Positions 12,241 to 25,659 of a stretch of DNA of 64,000 nucleotides are shown in pieces. A model generated the notes under the pieces. It saw only the letters and a list, made by a program, of their open reading frames with translations. It had not been told where the DNA came from and did not search any database. The position numbers and the translations under genes are program-made. The stretch comes from Mobula hypostoma. Taxonomy: Eukaryota. Where the stretch lies: contig NC_086097.1 of assembly GCF_963921235.1 (NCBI RefSeq), forward strand, positions 52,764,001 through 52,828,000, given 5' to 3'. Every line of letters starts with the position of its first letter. The first letter of the stretch is position 1.

Positions 12241-13109
12241 CAAAATTCTCCCTTTTCTGCAGCTAGACTGTTTTTTAGTTCTAATAAAGAGTCTGCAACT
12301 TGAAACATTAACACTGTGATGCTGCCTGAGTGACTGAATGGTTTGCCTTTTCCACTTTTATTTTAGATATCCAGCATCTCCAGTTTCGAGCCCTGTCTAA
12401 TTTGTTATTTCAACTGGAAAGTGATTTGTTTGGACATAGGCCAATTTAAGTAAATCAGAAATGACTTACTCCAGTGTTAAGTGCTTTTAACTGCCAAACA
12501 CCATTCCAGCAATTATCTTACTAAACAGAAACAAATAAAAGAGACAGAAATGCAGTACCCAGCAGATTGTAAGTATTGTAGATAGGGAAACTGAATTAGC
12601 ATTAACCTTATTATTCAAAATGTTCTGAAATTACAGCTATGTTCCTACAGTGTTTATAATTTTTAAAAGCATTATTTTTAAAATGCTTATGAGAGCAGAC
12701 CATTCGTGAATAAAATGTGATTTGATATGCTTCCATTTGTTTTAATGGAAGTATGTGGGATTAAACTGTTACTGAGCAGAAATGATAGAGAAGTTTGTGA
12801 TTAATTAAAATGGCAGCTCTATGTGGATAGTTATTGACTCTAGGGCTGGCCAATGAACTGTCCACACAATTCCAAAATCTCACTATGAGTAATGTCAGAG
12901 GGAAGCATTGTCAATTTCACAGGAAATACTTACCCTGAGATTTTTGGAGACTTTGATCTTTCCTTAGGTGCACTTCTGCCTAATGTTATTCTTTATGCCA
13001 CATTGCCTACCGAGCGACATTACCATTAATATTCTGGAGGGAAGGAAGTGTGGCATATGATCGCTAGTCATAGAGGGTGAGAAATCACGCTGCTCTCAAG
13101 CTGATTTAT

Positions 13110-13222
13110 TAAACATCAACTGTTTATTCCCTTCCATAGATGCTGCCTGACTTGCCGAGTTCTGTCAGAATTTTGTGTGTGTTGCTCAGCATTTCCAGCA
13201 TCTGCAGAATCTTTTGTGTTCA
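13110..13222 (+). mobile_element. PLE-derived terminal fragment lacking most of the hammerhead
   Basis: catagatgctgcctgac...tttgtgtgtgttgc...tttccagcatctgcagaatc homologous to the other copies. Confidence 0.7.
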
Positions 13223-13744
13223 GGATCAAAATATTTACCACTTTTACATTTCCCACATATAGTTGCATTATCACTTTGAAACAGGGTCCCTAAGAAAACT
13301 AGGGAGGTTTATTTTTGTGGGTTAGAAAGAAGCTTTTGCATATAAAGTGAAAATTTCCCAGATCGACTTTTGAGCAGATTTCAAAGGTCCTTCTATGCAC
13401 AGCTGGTTAGGCCATGAGACGAATGGTATGGTACACTTTTACCAAGTGAGCCCCCTTTGAAGCATGTCGATTCAAATATTGCTCATGCAGATATTAAGAA
13501 GGAAATAGATGTGAAAAAAGCAAAGAAAATTGTTTGAAAAATATGAAAAATCAGTCTCCAAGACACATCTTGAGAGTCTGTTTCCTGGAATACTGAAATA
13601 GAACAAGAAAAATTCACAAATACTCTCAAGAGGACAAAGTTAAGCGGGATGTTAGTGGCCAACATATTAAATTCTGCTACAGAACAGAACAGTGCTCAAC
13701 ATTGGGATTACTATTACTTGAATTGCAAATACACTTGGACTAAG

Positions 13745-16700
13745 ATGTTAACTGTCCTGTGCTATCACTGGGGGATCATCAGTTGATCTGCCACCTGTTT
13801 TCAGGAGTTTCAGCCCCCTCCTGATCAAGACTCCCTCGAGGTGGTGGGCCAGCAGTGCTAAAGCACCACCTCCCACTGGTGAGCTTAAAAACTTGGCATC
13901 TGCCTCTATCAGAGTTGTTGGTCGCTTCTATCCAACAGATAGTCTACTCTTCAGGTGTCTATGCAACTACTGAAGGGTTTGCAAGATATGTATACACTGT
14001 CTGACTATCTGCCCCTCTGGACATACTTGGTCCACACCCATGCTGATCCTTTCTCTGCTGCCTCAGCTACAGCTCTGCTGCTTGACTTGATCTCTCTTCT
14101 AGAGAAGCCAAGTTCATGCAGCCACTTCTGGAAAGTGAACACAATAAACCCACTGCAGCCTACTTCGAATGGATAGCATGAGACCTTCCACCCTCTGTCT
14201 CTGCACTCTGATCTTAATTCTGCATACTTGGTTAACTTACGCTCATGGGCTTCATCAATGTTGTCTTCCCAGGGGACTGTCGGTTCACCAATAACCACTT
14301 CTCGACTGGTGTCAGACCATACGACTATATCTGGATGCAAAGTGGTGAAAGCTATTTGCTCTGGGAAACAGCTTTTCCCATCCAGGTTGGCCTTGACACA
14401 TCAATCATTGGCTGAAGAAAGTATGCTTGATCGTGGGCTTGCACTGTACATCCTTGACTTGGAGCCTTCTTTCACAAATGATATGCGATGTTCTGTGCAG
14501 CATGGGGCATGAGATAAGTTATGCTGCAATACTCTCTGCTCAGCTGCTTCTGTTACAACTTTGAGAACATTGTTATGTCTCCAAGTGTACATGCCACTGG
14601 AAAGATTGACTCTGCATGCACTCAAAATATGTTGAAGTGTTCCCTTCTCACCACAAGCAGCACACCTGTCTGTCTTATCTTCATACCAGGTGCTGAGGTT
14701 GGCAGGCGTTGGGAGCAGGTCGTACACTGCTCTGCATAGAAAAGAAATGCGGAGCAGTTCCATCTGCCACAGAATATTCCAAGATAGATGTTGTTGTTCA
14801 ACACTTTCCCACCAGGCCCAAGCCCCTTGTTTGGCCAGGCCGGCTGTGTTAGCTAACCTCTTCTCCTCTTCTACCTTTCGTATTTCTTGCGTTACAAGCT
14901 CACGGCGCTCCTTACCTGTAGAAGATGACCACCACTTGTGGGTTGTCCATCCAAGTCCCTGGCAGCCTAGCTGGGTAGCCCCAACCATCTCCTTGTGCTT
15001 CAATCTAGGCTCTGCCTCATCGACTGCTACATGGGCTGACCACTTCCTGCCTGATCCGACATCTGCCTGGGTGTTCTTGATGACAGGGTCTTTTGAGTCT
15101 CGAAGCACCAAGAATGATCTTACCTTGGCTACCTTGACCTCTTCAACAAGGGATTGCACTGGGATGGTAAGCTTTGTCTGGCTACTGTGGATTGCAGCAC
15201 TGGTGAGGCTGCTCAGTACTCCATTTCTTCACATACTTGTTGATCTTCTGTTCCATTGCCTCAACATGGGACATTGCCACTTCATAGACAGTTAGTGGCC
15301 ACATTATCCGTGGCATCAGTCCGTACCGCAAGCACCACAACTTCAACTTGCCAGGCAAGCCACACTTATCAACAGACGTCGGACCTCTGCTGATCTGTTC
15401 TCCTGTCTCTTGAGCCCTCTTGGTGCCTCCCAGCTCCTCTGTGTACCATCGCCTGAAGCTCTTAACTGGTTGGTCCTGAATGGATGGAATCTCCTCTCCA
15501 CAAAGGGTGAAATGAAAGTCAACCAGCTTTCCTCTCCTAAGAACAAGGCTCCTTGACTTCTTGGTCTTGAACTTCATTCTTCCCCAATCCAGTAGCTCTT
15601 CGAATCTATATAGTACACTTTCCACTGCCTCCGTGCTAGGATCCAAAAAGGTGAGATCATCCATGAACGCTCGTATTGGTGGTAACTCCCCTCCGCCATC
15701 AAGTGCAACACCTGGTCCCACTGATTCTACAGCCCTCACAATGACCTCCACGGCTAACACAAAAAGGATGGGTGAAATCACATATCCCATTGGGATTCCA
15801 ACATCCAATCTCTGCCACCTAGTTGTAAACTGCTAAGTGGAAAACCTCATCCGGAAATCGTTGTAGTACTGCATAACAAAGTTCCTCACCTTAGCAGGAA
15901 TCCATAGGAATTCCATCGCAAACTCAATCAGGGCCTGGCGAACAGAACCATATGCATTTGCAAGATCAAGCCAAACTACAGCCAGATTTCTTCTCAACCT
16001 TTTCGACTCCTGGATTGTATGCCTGGTATGTTCAAAGCATACCGGGAAGCCTGGTATTCCTGCCTTCTGCACAGATGTATTTACCAATCCATTCTCTATC
16101 ACAAATGAAAAAATGCTTTCTGCTAGAATGCCAAACATAATCTTCCCCTTTACATTCAGGAGTGAAATTGGTTGGAACTGATTCAATGTAGAAGAATTCT
16201 CTTCCTTTGGGATGTATACTCCTTCAGCCTCACTCAATGACAAAGGAACAACACCTTGTCTCCACACCACCTTTAACAATCTCCACAAGTATTTCCTCAG
16301 CTGTTCATACTTCTTGAACACCTTATACAGCACTCCATTAGGTCCTGGCACTGAGCCTGACCTTGCCTTTCTGATGAACCATTCGACTTCTGCCAATTTG
16401 GGTTCTGACAGATCGAGCTTCACTCCTGGCTTGGTAGGCTTCAAAGCCCTGAAATGTCAAGCAAAGGAGCCTCCCGCTGTTCGTCAGAGTAAGTGCTTGC
16501 CAGGTGATCCTCAAGTTCTTGTTGAGAGATGTTAAGCTGCCCGCTCTTACTTTGTTCAAACAATTTCTTTGTGAACTAGTGAGGGTTCTCAAAGAATGAC
16601 TTTCTTGCCTTCTCTCTCTTTTTATGTTGTGACTCTGCACGATGGAGTGATGCTAGCTTTAATCGAAAATGCTCTCGGAGATCAGCAAGCCCTGGCTTGT

Positions 16701-17293
16701 CACCCTCACTTGCTACCTTCCACCTCTGTCTCAACGATCTAAGCTCTCTCCTCAGCCTACTAATCTCCTTCTGGCACCTGCTTGGTGTCTGTGTAGGCTT
16801 TGCTTTCTTCAACTCAACCAAACCAAACTGGTACTTTCTAACATCGTAAATCATATCGCCCATCACTTCCAACTTTCTCTTTGATGTTCCCATGAGAGTG
16901 TTCTCCAACATCATACTGATATCCTCATCAAACACACGCCAAGCCGCCTCATCTGCCATTGCTGGCCACTTGACCTTCCTCTTCTTACCTCCACCTCCAT
17001 CATGCGAAGGATCTACCTGGTCACTGTGGCCTGAGACCTGGGTTATCTCTTGTCTGACCTGGAGTATGATGACTCTCTCCAGAGGGAATCGCTGTGGCTT
17101 GTGAATCAGTGGTCGAAAAGACCACATCATCTGTGCTTGGTGAAGTAATCTTATCTTCATCCACTAGGATGGAATAGCACCTCAACTTTGCTTGGTGGAC
17201 TCATAAACTTTTAATGCTGGAAAACGCTCTCCCACACCAACACACTGGACATTCAGAGAATCTTATCCTAGCTCTTGGTCGTAGTCGTTCCCT
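13745..17293 (-). mobile_element. near full-length, frameshifted HERO-clade non-LTR retrotransposon (restriction-like endonuclease)
   Basis: N-terminal CWCGRAFSSIKSL*VHQAKLRC finger; RT (WLDLANAYGSV, PIRAFMDDLT); CAACGEKGTLQHILSAC finger; RHNNVL; PDIVVW..E.TVPWE..ERKLTKY endonuclease. Confidence 0.88.
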
Positions 17294-18032
17294 GTAATTA
17301 ATATTTTATATTCTTTTTTAAGGGATTGAGTTTCAGTTCCTTGCTCTTTTTCTTCTTTGGATTTGACATGTTCCAGATTATTTATATATACATATATCAC
17401 AAATCATTTGTGTATGCCCACACAAAAATAATTAAAATACCTTCCTAACTCTAACAATGTGTTTAGCTGGAGACATTTGGGAGAAAAAATAAACAGTAGT
17501 TTGAGTCCGCCAGCATATTTGCTTCCTATCAGAAGACCGCATAATGTCACTGCTGACAGAGTCACTGCTTCACAGCTGCAGCAATTCTGGTTCAATGCCA
17601 GTTTTCCCCAGATGGGTGATCTCAAACACTCACAATCTCAGGATATGGAATAATGCATTCAGGAATGAGTGTTATGGCTTGGTGTTTGGTTACACTCCTG
17701 CAAAGAGCTCTCAGATGTCTTAATAAGTTAGGAATATTGGATAAATGCAACATTACAGCATTACAAATAGAGAAAGGAAAAGTTTTGTGCTAACTAATAC
17801 CAGTAAAATAATGAAATGGCTATACCTCTCATTCTCGGTACTTGGACATAAAGAAACATCAGTGCTAGATCAGCAATTTTGTAGTTGTCAACTTCAAAGT
17901 AAAGTTTACAAAATCCCATATAGCATGCTGCAACAGGTTTGAATCTAGACCAAAATATCCAGGATTGTTCTTTTCTCTCTGAAGCGAAGGTATATCTTTC
18001 AAAAAATAAAAAAAACTATATAATAGAATAGT

Positions 18033-18216
18033 CAACATACATCAAAGTTGCTGGTGAATGCAGCAGGCCAAGCAGCATCTGTAGGAAGAGGGTCTCGGCC
18101 TGAAACGTCGACTGCACCTCTTCCTACAGATGCTGCTTGGCCTGCTGCATTCACCAGCAACTTTGATGTATGTTGCTTGAATTTCCAGCATCTGCAGAAT
18201 TCCTGTTGTTTGCGTT
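18033..18216 (+). mobile_element. PLE-derived insert with a perfect 59-bp inverted repeat
   Basis: TSD taatagaatagtca at 18021-18034 and 18217-18230; arms 18033-18091 and 18117-18175. Confidence 0.88.
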
Positions 18217-18717
18217 TAATAGAATAGTCATATGCTTTCTTAATAAATACTTCTATTTCCCATGACATGGAATTGATACTGAAACCATAGCTTAAGTACT
18301 GTACATGATAAAGTGAATAGGTTAACAATATTTTTTTAGGTATGGTTGTTCAATGCAATGCAATGATTGCTGATATTTTAATGACCACTGGTTGACTGAT
18401 TCAATTCCATTCCAATTTATTGCTAAATCACTTCTATGACAACCTTTACCAACAGACTTTTGTGGCAATTAGGTTTAAAACTGTTATCATCAGCATGCAC
18501 TAAAGTCATTAACATGGCTTTGCTTGCTAATGAATGACAAGTTGTGAAATGAGGTTGGCAGGACCAGCCTGTCGCACTCAGTTAACTCCTCTTAGGTTTG
18601 AGGGTATCTTGTTACCACTGAGGTTTTGAGGAGTCTCACATTCTTGAGCAGGAGGATGGATAAAAAGCTAGGCATGAATCTGTGGATAAAGCTTCTTTGC
18701 CTGAACCTACACAAACA

Positions 18718-18720
<3 letters not shown>

Positions 18721-18762
<42 letters not shown>
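18721..18762. repeat. (TG)n microsatellite
   Basis: About 21 perfect TG units. Confidence 0.97.
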
Positions 18763-18767
<5 letters not shown>

Positions 18768-18899
18768 ATGAAAGACTGAGAAAGTAAGTGTGTACCTTCT
18801 AACAGACTAAAGATAACCTAGTTTACTACATTACATAGCTGGTTTGGATACCCTGTTAAAACCCAGTTATATGATAACAATGATGATTTCGTAGCAACT

Positions 18900-21800
18900 T
18901 GAGAAGAGGAACCGGGTTACAGGCACTGAGCAGGGGTGCGTGGTGCAGAAGAGAAAGAGAGGGAAGGGAGCTGTAGTGATAGGGGACTCGATGGTGAGGG
19001 GAACAGACAGGAGATTCCGTGACGTAAACAGGACACGCGGATGGTATGTTGCCTCACAGGTGCCAGGGTCAGGGATGTCTCAGATCGCGTCCACAACATT
19101 TTGGAGAGGGAAGGGGAGTAGCCAGATGTCTTGGTATATATTGGTACCAATGACATAGGAAGGAAAAGCAAAGAGGTCCTGAAAAGAGAATTAGGAGAGC
19201 TAGGTAGAAAGCTGAGAAGCAGGACCTCCCGGGTAGTAATTTCCAGATTGCTGCCTGTGCCACGTGTCAGTGAGTGTAGAAACAGGATGACTTGGCAGAT
19301 AAATGTGCAGCTGAGAAGCTGGTGCAGGGGACAGGGCTTCAGGTTCTTGGATAATTGGGATCTCTTCTGGGGGAGGTATGACCTGTTCAAAAGTGACGGT
19401 TGCACCTGAACCCGAGGGGGACTGATATTCTTGCAGGCAGGTTTGTTAAGAGTTATTGGGGTGGGTTTAAACTAATTTGGCAAGGGGTGTGGGAACAGGA
19501 GTGAAGGGACTCAGGATAGGATGGATGGTGAAAAAGTAGCAATAGCATGCATTCAGATTGTCAGGAAGGCCAGGCAGGTGGTAGGACTTAATTGCAGCCA
19601 ATAGGCCGAGAATCAAATCATTAGGGATGCAGAATCACAAAGGACAGCAAATACAGTACTCAAGGTGTTGTTTCTAAATGCGTGTAGTATAAGAAATAAG
19701 GTGGATGATCTTGTTGCAATATTACAGATTGCCAGTTATGATGTTGTGGCCATCACTGAATCGTGGCTGAAGGATGGTTGTCGTTGGGAGATGAATGTCC
19801 AAGGTTACACGTTTTATCGGAGGGATAGGAAGGTAGGCAGAGGGGGTGGTGTGGCTCTACTGGTAAAGAATGGCACCAAATCAGTAGAAAGATGTGACAT
19901 AGGATCAGAAGATATTAAATCCTTGTGGGTTGAGCTAAGAAACTGCAAGGGTAATAGGACTGTGATGGCAATTATATACAGGCCTTTCAACAGTGGCTGG
20001 GCTGTGGACCACAGATTACAACAGGAAATAGAAAAGGCAAGTCAAAAAGGCAATGTTATGATAGTCATGAGAGATTTTAACCTGCAGGTTGATTGGGAAA
20101 ATCAGGTTGGTAATGGATCTCAAGAGAGTGAGTTTGTTGAATGCCTAGGAGATAGCTTTTTAGAACAGTTTGTCGTTGAGGCAACTAGGGGATCAGCTAT
20201 ACTGGACTGGGTGTTATGTAATGAACCAGAGGTGATTAGGGAGCTTTAGGTAAAAGAATCCTTAGGAACCAGTGATCACAATATGATGGTGTTCAACTTG
20301 AAATTTGATAGAGATAAAGTAAAGTCTGATGTAGCAGTATTTCAGTGGAGTAAGGGAAATTACAGTGGTATGAGAGAGAAGTTGGCCAAAGTAAATTGGA
20401 AGGAGCTGCTGGCAGGGATGTCAGCAGAGCAGCAATGGCGTGTATTTCTGGGAAAAATGAGGAAGGTGCAGGACATGTGTATTCCACAAATGAAGAAATA
20501 CTCAAATGGTAAAATAGTATAACCGTGACTGACAAGGGAAGTCAAAGCTATTGTAAAAGCAAAAGAAAGGGCATACAACAAAGCAAAAATTAGTGGGAAG
20601 ATAGAGGATTGGGAAGTTTTTAAAAACCTACAGAGAGCAACTAAAATATTATTAGAAAGTAAAGATGAAATATGAAAGTAAGCTAGCAAATAATATCAAA
20701 GTGGATAGTAAAAGATTTTTCAAGTACGTTAAAAATAAAGAAGAAATGAGAGTGGATATAGGACTGCTAGAAAATGAAGCAGGAGAAATAATAACGAGGG
20801 ACAAGGAGATGGCTGATGAACTAAATGATTATTTTGCATCAGTCTTTACTGTGGAAGACACCAGCAGTATGCCAGATGTTGTAGTGTGTGATGGAAGAAA
20901 AGTGGGTGCAGTTATTGTTACAAGAGAGAAGGTTCTCAAAAAGCTGGAAAACCTGAAGGTACATAAAGTCACCCAGACCAGAGGAACTGCACCCTAGGTT
21001 TCTGAGAGAGGTAGCGGTAGAGATTGTTGTGGCATTAGAAATGATCTTTCAAAAATCATTGGACTCTGGCATGGTGCCACAGGACTGGAAAATTGCAAAT
21101 GTCACTCCACTCTTTAAGAAGGCAGCAGAAAGAAAATTATAGACCAGTTAGCCTGACCTCAGTAGTTGGGAAAATGTTAGAGTCAATTGTTAAGGATGAG
21201 GTGATGGAGTACTTGGTGACACAGGACAAGATAGTACAAAGTCAGTATGGTTTCCTTCAGGGGAAATCCTGCCTGACAAACCTATTGGAATTCTTTGAGG
21301 AGATTACAAGTAGGATAGATAAAGAGGATTCAGTGGATGTTGTATATTTGGACTTTCAGAAGGCTTTGACAAGGTGCCACACATGAGGCTGCTTACCAAG
21401 TTAAGAGCCCATGGTATTACAGGAAAGTCACTAACATGGTTAGAGCACTGGCTGACTGGTAGGAGGCAGCGGTGGGAATAAAAGGATCCTTTTCTGTTTG
21501 GCTGCCAGTGACTAGTGGTGTTCCGCAAGTGACGGTGTTGGGACCACTTCTTTTTATGCTGTACATAAATGATTTTGATGATGGAACGATGGAACAAGTT
21601 TGCAGATGATATGAAGATTGGTGGAGGGGTTGATAGTGTTGAGGAAACAGGTAGGATGCAGAAGGACTTTGACAGATTAGGAGAATGGGCCAGAAAGTAG
21701 CAAATGAAATACAATGTTGGAAAATGCATGGTCATGCACTTCAGTAGTACTAATAAATGTACGGACTATTTTCTAAATGGAAAGAAAATCCAAAAATCTG

Positions 21801-22525
21801 AGATGCAAAGGGACTTGGGAGTCCTTGTGCAGAACACCCTAAAGGTTAACTTGCAGGTTGAGTTGGTGGTGAGGAAGGCAAATGCCACGTTAGCATTCAT
21901 TTTGAGAGGTCTAGAATACAAGAACAAGGATGTGATGCTGAGGCTTTATAAGGCACTGGTGAGGTCTCACCTTGAGTATTGTGAACAGTTTTGTGCCCCT
22001 CATCTTAGAAAAAATGTGTTGGCATTGGAGAGGGTCCAGAGGAGGTTCACAGGATGATCCAGGAATTAAAGGGTTATCATATGAGGAACATTTGATGGCT
22101 CTGGGTCTGTACTCGCTGGAATTCGGAAGGATAAGGGGGATCTCTCTGAAACTTTTCGAATGTTGAAAGGCCCAAACAGAGTAGATGTGGAAAGGATATT
22201 TCGAATGGTAGGAGAGTCTAAGACAAGAGGGCACAGCCTCAGGATAGAGGGGCGCCCTTTCAAAACAGAGATACGGAGAAATTTCTTTAGCCAAAGGGTG
22301 GTGAATTTGCTGCCACGTGCAGCTGTGGAGACCAGGTCATTGGGTATATTTAAGGTAGAGATTGATAGGTTCTTGAATGGACATAGCATCAAAGGTTATG
22401 GGGAAAAGGCCGAGAACTGGCATTGAGGAGGAGATAGAAAAAAAGGATCAGCCATGATTGAATGGCGGAGCAGACTTGATGGGCCAGATGGCCTAATTCT
22501 AATCCTATGTCTTATTATCTTATGG
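18900..22525 (+). mobile_element. degenerate CR1 LINE with ORF1 SGNH-esterase remnant and ORF2 (APE+RT)
   Basis: VVIGDSMVRG and YIGTNDIG esterase motifs; ITESWL; CLTNLLEFFEEIT; FFSQRVVNL; tcttat-type tail. Confidence 0.92.
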
Positions 22526-23355
22526 AGCATGTATCCCACTGAGAGGAAAATTATCCAAACCCACACCTACCATTAAGTCAGGTCAATATCTGGATGAGGA
22601 ACTGGAGGGATGGGTTAGTAAATTTGCTGATAACACAAAGGTTGGAGGTGTTGTGGATAGTGTGGAGAGCTGTCAGAGGTTACAACAGGACATTGATAGG
22701 ATGCAAAACTAGGCTGAGAAGTGGTAGATGGAGTTCAACCCAGATAAGTGTGAGGTGGTTCATTTTGGTAGGTCAAAGATGATGGTAGTATCAATGGTAA
22801 GACTCTTGGCAGTGTGGAGGATCAGAGGGATCTTGGGGTCTGAATCCTTAGGACACTCAAAGCTCCTACGCAGGTTGACTCTGTGGTTAAGAAGGCATAC
22901 AGTGCATTGGCCTTCATCAATTGTGGGATTGAGTTTAACAGCCAAGGAGTAATGTTGCAGTGATATAGGACCCTGGCCAGACCCCACTTGGAGTACTGTG
23001 CTCAGTTCTGGTCGCCTCACTACAGGAAACCATAGAAAGGGTGCAGAGGAGATTTACAAGGATGTTGCCTGGATTGGGGAGCATGCCTTATGAGAATAGG
23101 TTGAGTGAACTCAGCCTTTTTTGCTTGGAGTGATAAAGGATGAGAGGTGACCTGATAGATGATGAGAGGTATTAATCGTGTGGATAATCAGAGGCTTTCT
23201 CCCCCAGGGCTGAAATGGCTAGCACGAGAGGGCATAGTTTTAAGGTGGTTGGAAGGAGGTACAGAGGAGATGTCCGGGATAAGTTCTTTTTATGCAGAGA
23301 GTGGTAAGGGTGTGGAATGGGCTGCTGGAGGTGGAAACGATAGGGTCCTTTAAGA

Positions 23356-24506
23356 TAGCAGTCCCCAACCACCGGGCCACAAAGCATGTGCTACTGGGCT
23401 GCGAGGAAACGATATGAGTCAGCTGCACCTTTCCTCATTCCCTGACATGCCCACTGTTGAACTTGAATGCACGCGAGGTCATTACCCGCACATCATCCAT
23501 GTCTATGCGGGAAGAAGATCAACTCCTCGAGCTTGCAAATGATGACGGGCTGAAAAGTATATTTGACATAACATCTCTGCCGGCATTCTGGATCCAAAGT
23601 CAAGGCTAAATATCCTGAGATAGCCACGAAAGCACTGAAAACGTTGCTTCCATTTCCGACATATCTGCAATGAATGCAACAGAAACGAAATTGCGGAATA
23701 GACTGGACATAAGGAACCTCCTTCGAGTATCACTGTCTCCCATCACCCCTCGATGGGACCATCTTGTTGCAGGAAACAAGCCCAGGGCTCCCACTGATTC
23801 GGCGATATTGATGTGTTGCAATGATTTTATATGTTCATACAGGGAAAATATGCGCTGTGTGTTTAATATCCAAACGTTACTTAAAATGTTATGATGCTAT
23901 TGACTTATAAAACCATATAACAATTACAGCACGGAAACAGGCGATCTCGGTCCTTCTAGTCCGTGCCGAACACTACTCTCACCTAATCCCACCGACCTGC
24001 ACTCAGCCCATAACCCTCCATTCCTTTCCTGTCCATATACCTATCTATTTTTTCTTTAAATGATCATTTCGAACCTTCCTCTACCACTTCTACTGGAAGT
24101 TCCTTCAACACTTAGTTCAAGCTCCCCTGATAATTGACTTATCACTATATTCATGCGAGGAAAATATGCGCTGAGTGTTTAATATTAACTTTGTTAGATA
24201 AAACCTTTTAGAAATGAAATTGAGTGTATTAACCACTTATCACCTATATTCCGGTCGTGATTAACACCTCCCCCCGAACAGAATCGCCAAAAACGATTTG
24301 TAGAAAAAAAATCAGCACATACACGCATGCGCACACAGGTGCCCGCGCAAGGCTTCATGGTCATGGTAGTTTTTCCTCGGGGTAAACACAACGTATTTGA
24401 CTGCTACTCTTGTCTGTTGGCAACCCTACCCCCTCCCTCCGGGTCGGCCAGTTCGCAAGAATATTGTCAATAATAAACCAGTCCGCAGTGCAAAAAAGGT
24501 TGAGGA
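23356..24506 (+). mobile_element. non-autonomous hAT (Charlie/Buster-like) DNA transposon
   Basis: Left TIR-like tagcagtccccaacc; truncated right end gcaaaaaaggttgagga; transposase C-terminal relic EDQLLELAND..LPAFWI..KYPEIATKALKTLLPFPT..KLRNRLDI..LRVSLSPITPRWD. Confidence 0.8.
23910..24110 (-). mobile_element. CR1 3'-end fragment inside the hAT element
   Basis: Reverse-complement homolog of the 3' end of the CR1 at about 5520-5726. Confidence 0.85.
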
Positions 24507-25659
24507 AGGTAAGGACATGTTCGGCACAGCTTTGTGGGCCGAAGGGCCTGTATTGTGCTGTAGGCTTTCTATGTTTCTATAAGCTCAGTACAAATGTGAA
24601 ATGTGAAATAAGAATATGTTGATCTCAACAGTGAGTATACACATGACTATTATGATTCATTTTACCCTTGGGGTTTTGTCATACAACTACTTTTACAGTT
24701 TAGTCTGTGGAGCCATTGCCATAGTTGCATTTGCACAATTCTATGTAATTTATGCTTCCAACACAGTTCAGTGGAACACAACACTAAGTTTCAGTCTAAA
24801 TCATTGCCTTTCACTCCTAACCCTTCTGATTACATGAATATTGCCTTAACATAGAAAACTAATAGGAACAGAAACAGAGCAATTTCACCCTAGGAAAGTC
24901 CTTTCTGTAATATTCTCCTTTTTCTATTCAAATTAAACATATGCAATGAAGTCATACAAATTATATGCAGGCCTAATCATAAAATATTTATAATTTGCAA
25001 ATACAGTCCACTACTAAAGTATTCAACCTGTGCCTGTGAAACAATCATCATCTGGGTCACAATCAATTGCTTGTGTTCATCAGTATTTATAAAATTATTT
25101 TTGAAAGTCTACACATTTCCACAACTTCTATAGTGTGTTTGTTAAAATCTGAAAAATTGGCATCCCTTAGTGGGTTGAGCAGCATCTTCAGGTCAAAACC
25201 TTGCACCAGGAGATTGAAGACAGATCAGGAAATAAAGAGTATGTGTAACCATTAGCAAGACATTTTGAAGTGCCTTTGAGACTTGCTCTATATTACCTGC
25301 CGCCATATCGTCTTTTGCTTACACCTCACTGTTGCCCCCAGCCCAGATTGTAAACTGCTAACCCTTCACTCTCCTCCCCAACCCCTCAATTCAGAGGAAG
25401 GGATACTGATGAGAACTGTTAACGTTTTTCTTTCCACAGACGCTGCTTCACTAGCTGAGCTCTTCCAGGATTTCTGCTACTGCTTCCGATTCCAGCATTT
25501 TTCCAAAATGAGAACATATGTTACAAGAAATATCTGTTACAAGGAATGTATTACAAGGCCATCCAAGCAATGACAATAGCTTGAATGCAAAGGGCTGGAG
25601 TTCATTTTGCTTGTTTTTTTTATAGAAAATGCTAAATTGTTTTGCAAGGTTAATCTAAG

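Larger units (their letters stand above)
22590..24580 (+). mobile_element. 5'-truncated CR1 LINE interrupted by a hAT element
   Basis: MEFNPDKCEVVHFG; 3' end resumes near 24507 and ends tttctatgtttctat. Confidence 0.85.

Noticed and set aside
13760..13830. Hammerhead ribozyme in the HERO 3' UTR (GAAA and CTGATGA present on the minus strand)
   Set aside because: I could not build the three helices around the motifs; recorded only as hairpins
14690..16535. Plus-strand ORFs of up to 201 aa opposite the HERO element, and similar antisense ORFs over CR1 and Rex copies
   Set aside because: Shadow frames of TE coding sequence with no independent evidence
18033..18175. MITE or DNA transposon with 59-bp TIRs
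   Set aside because: The sequence is the PLE terminus, and the TSD lies outside an extra ~40-nt tail rather than abutting both arms
1..25600. Exons of a neighbouring host gene downstream of txndc16
   Set aside because: No non-TE coding similarity recognised; small exons could have been missed by eye
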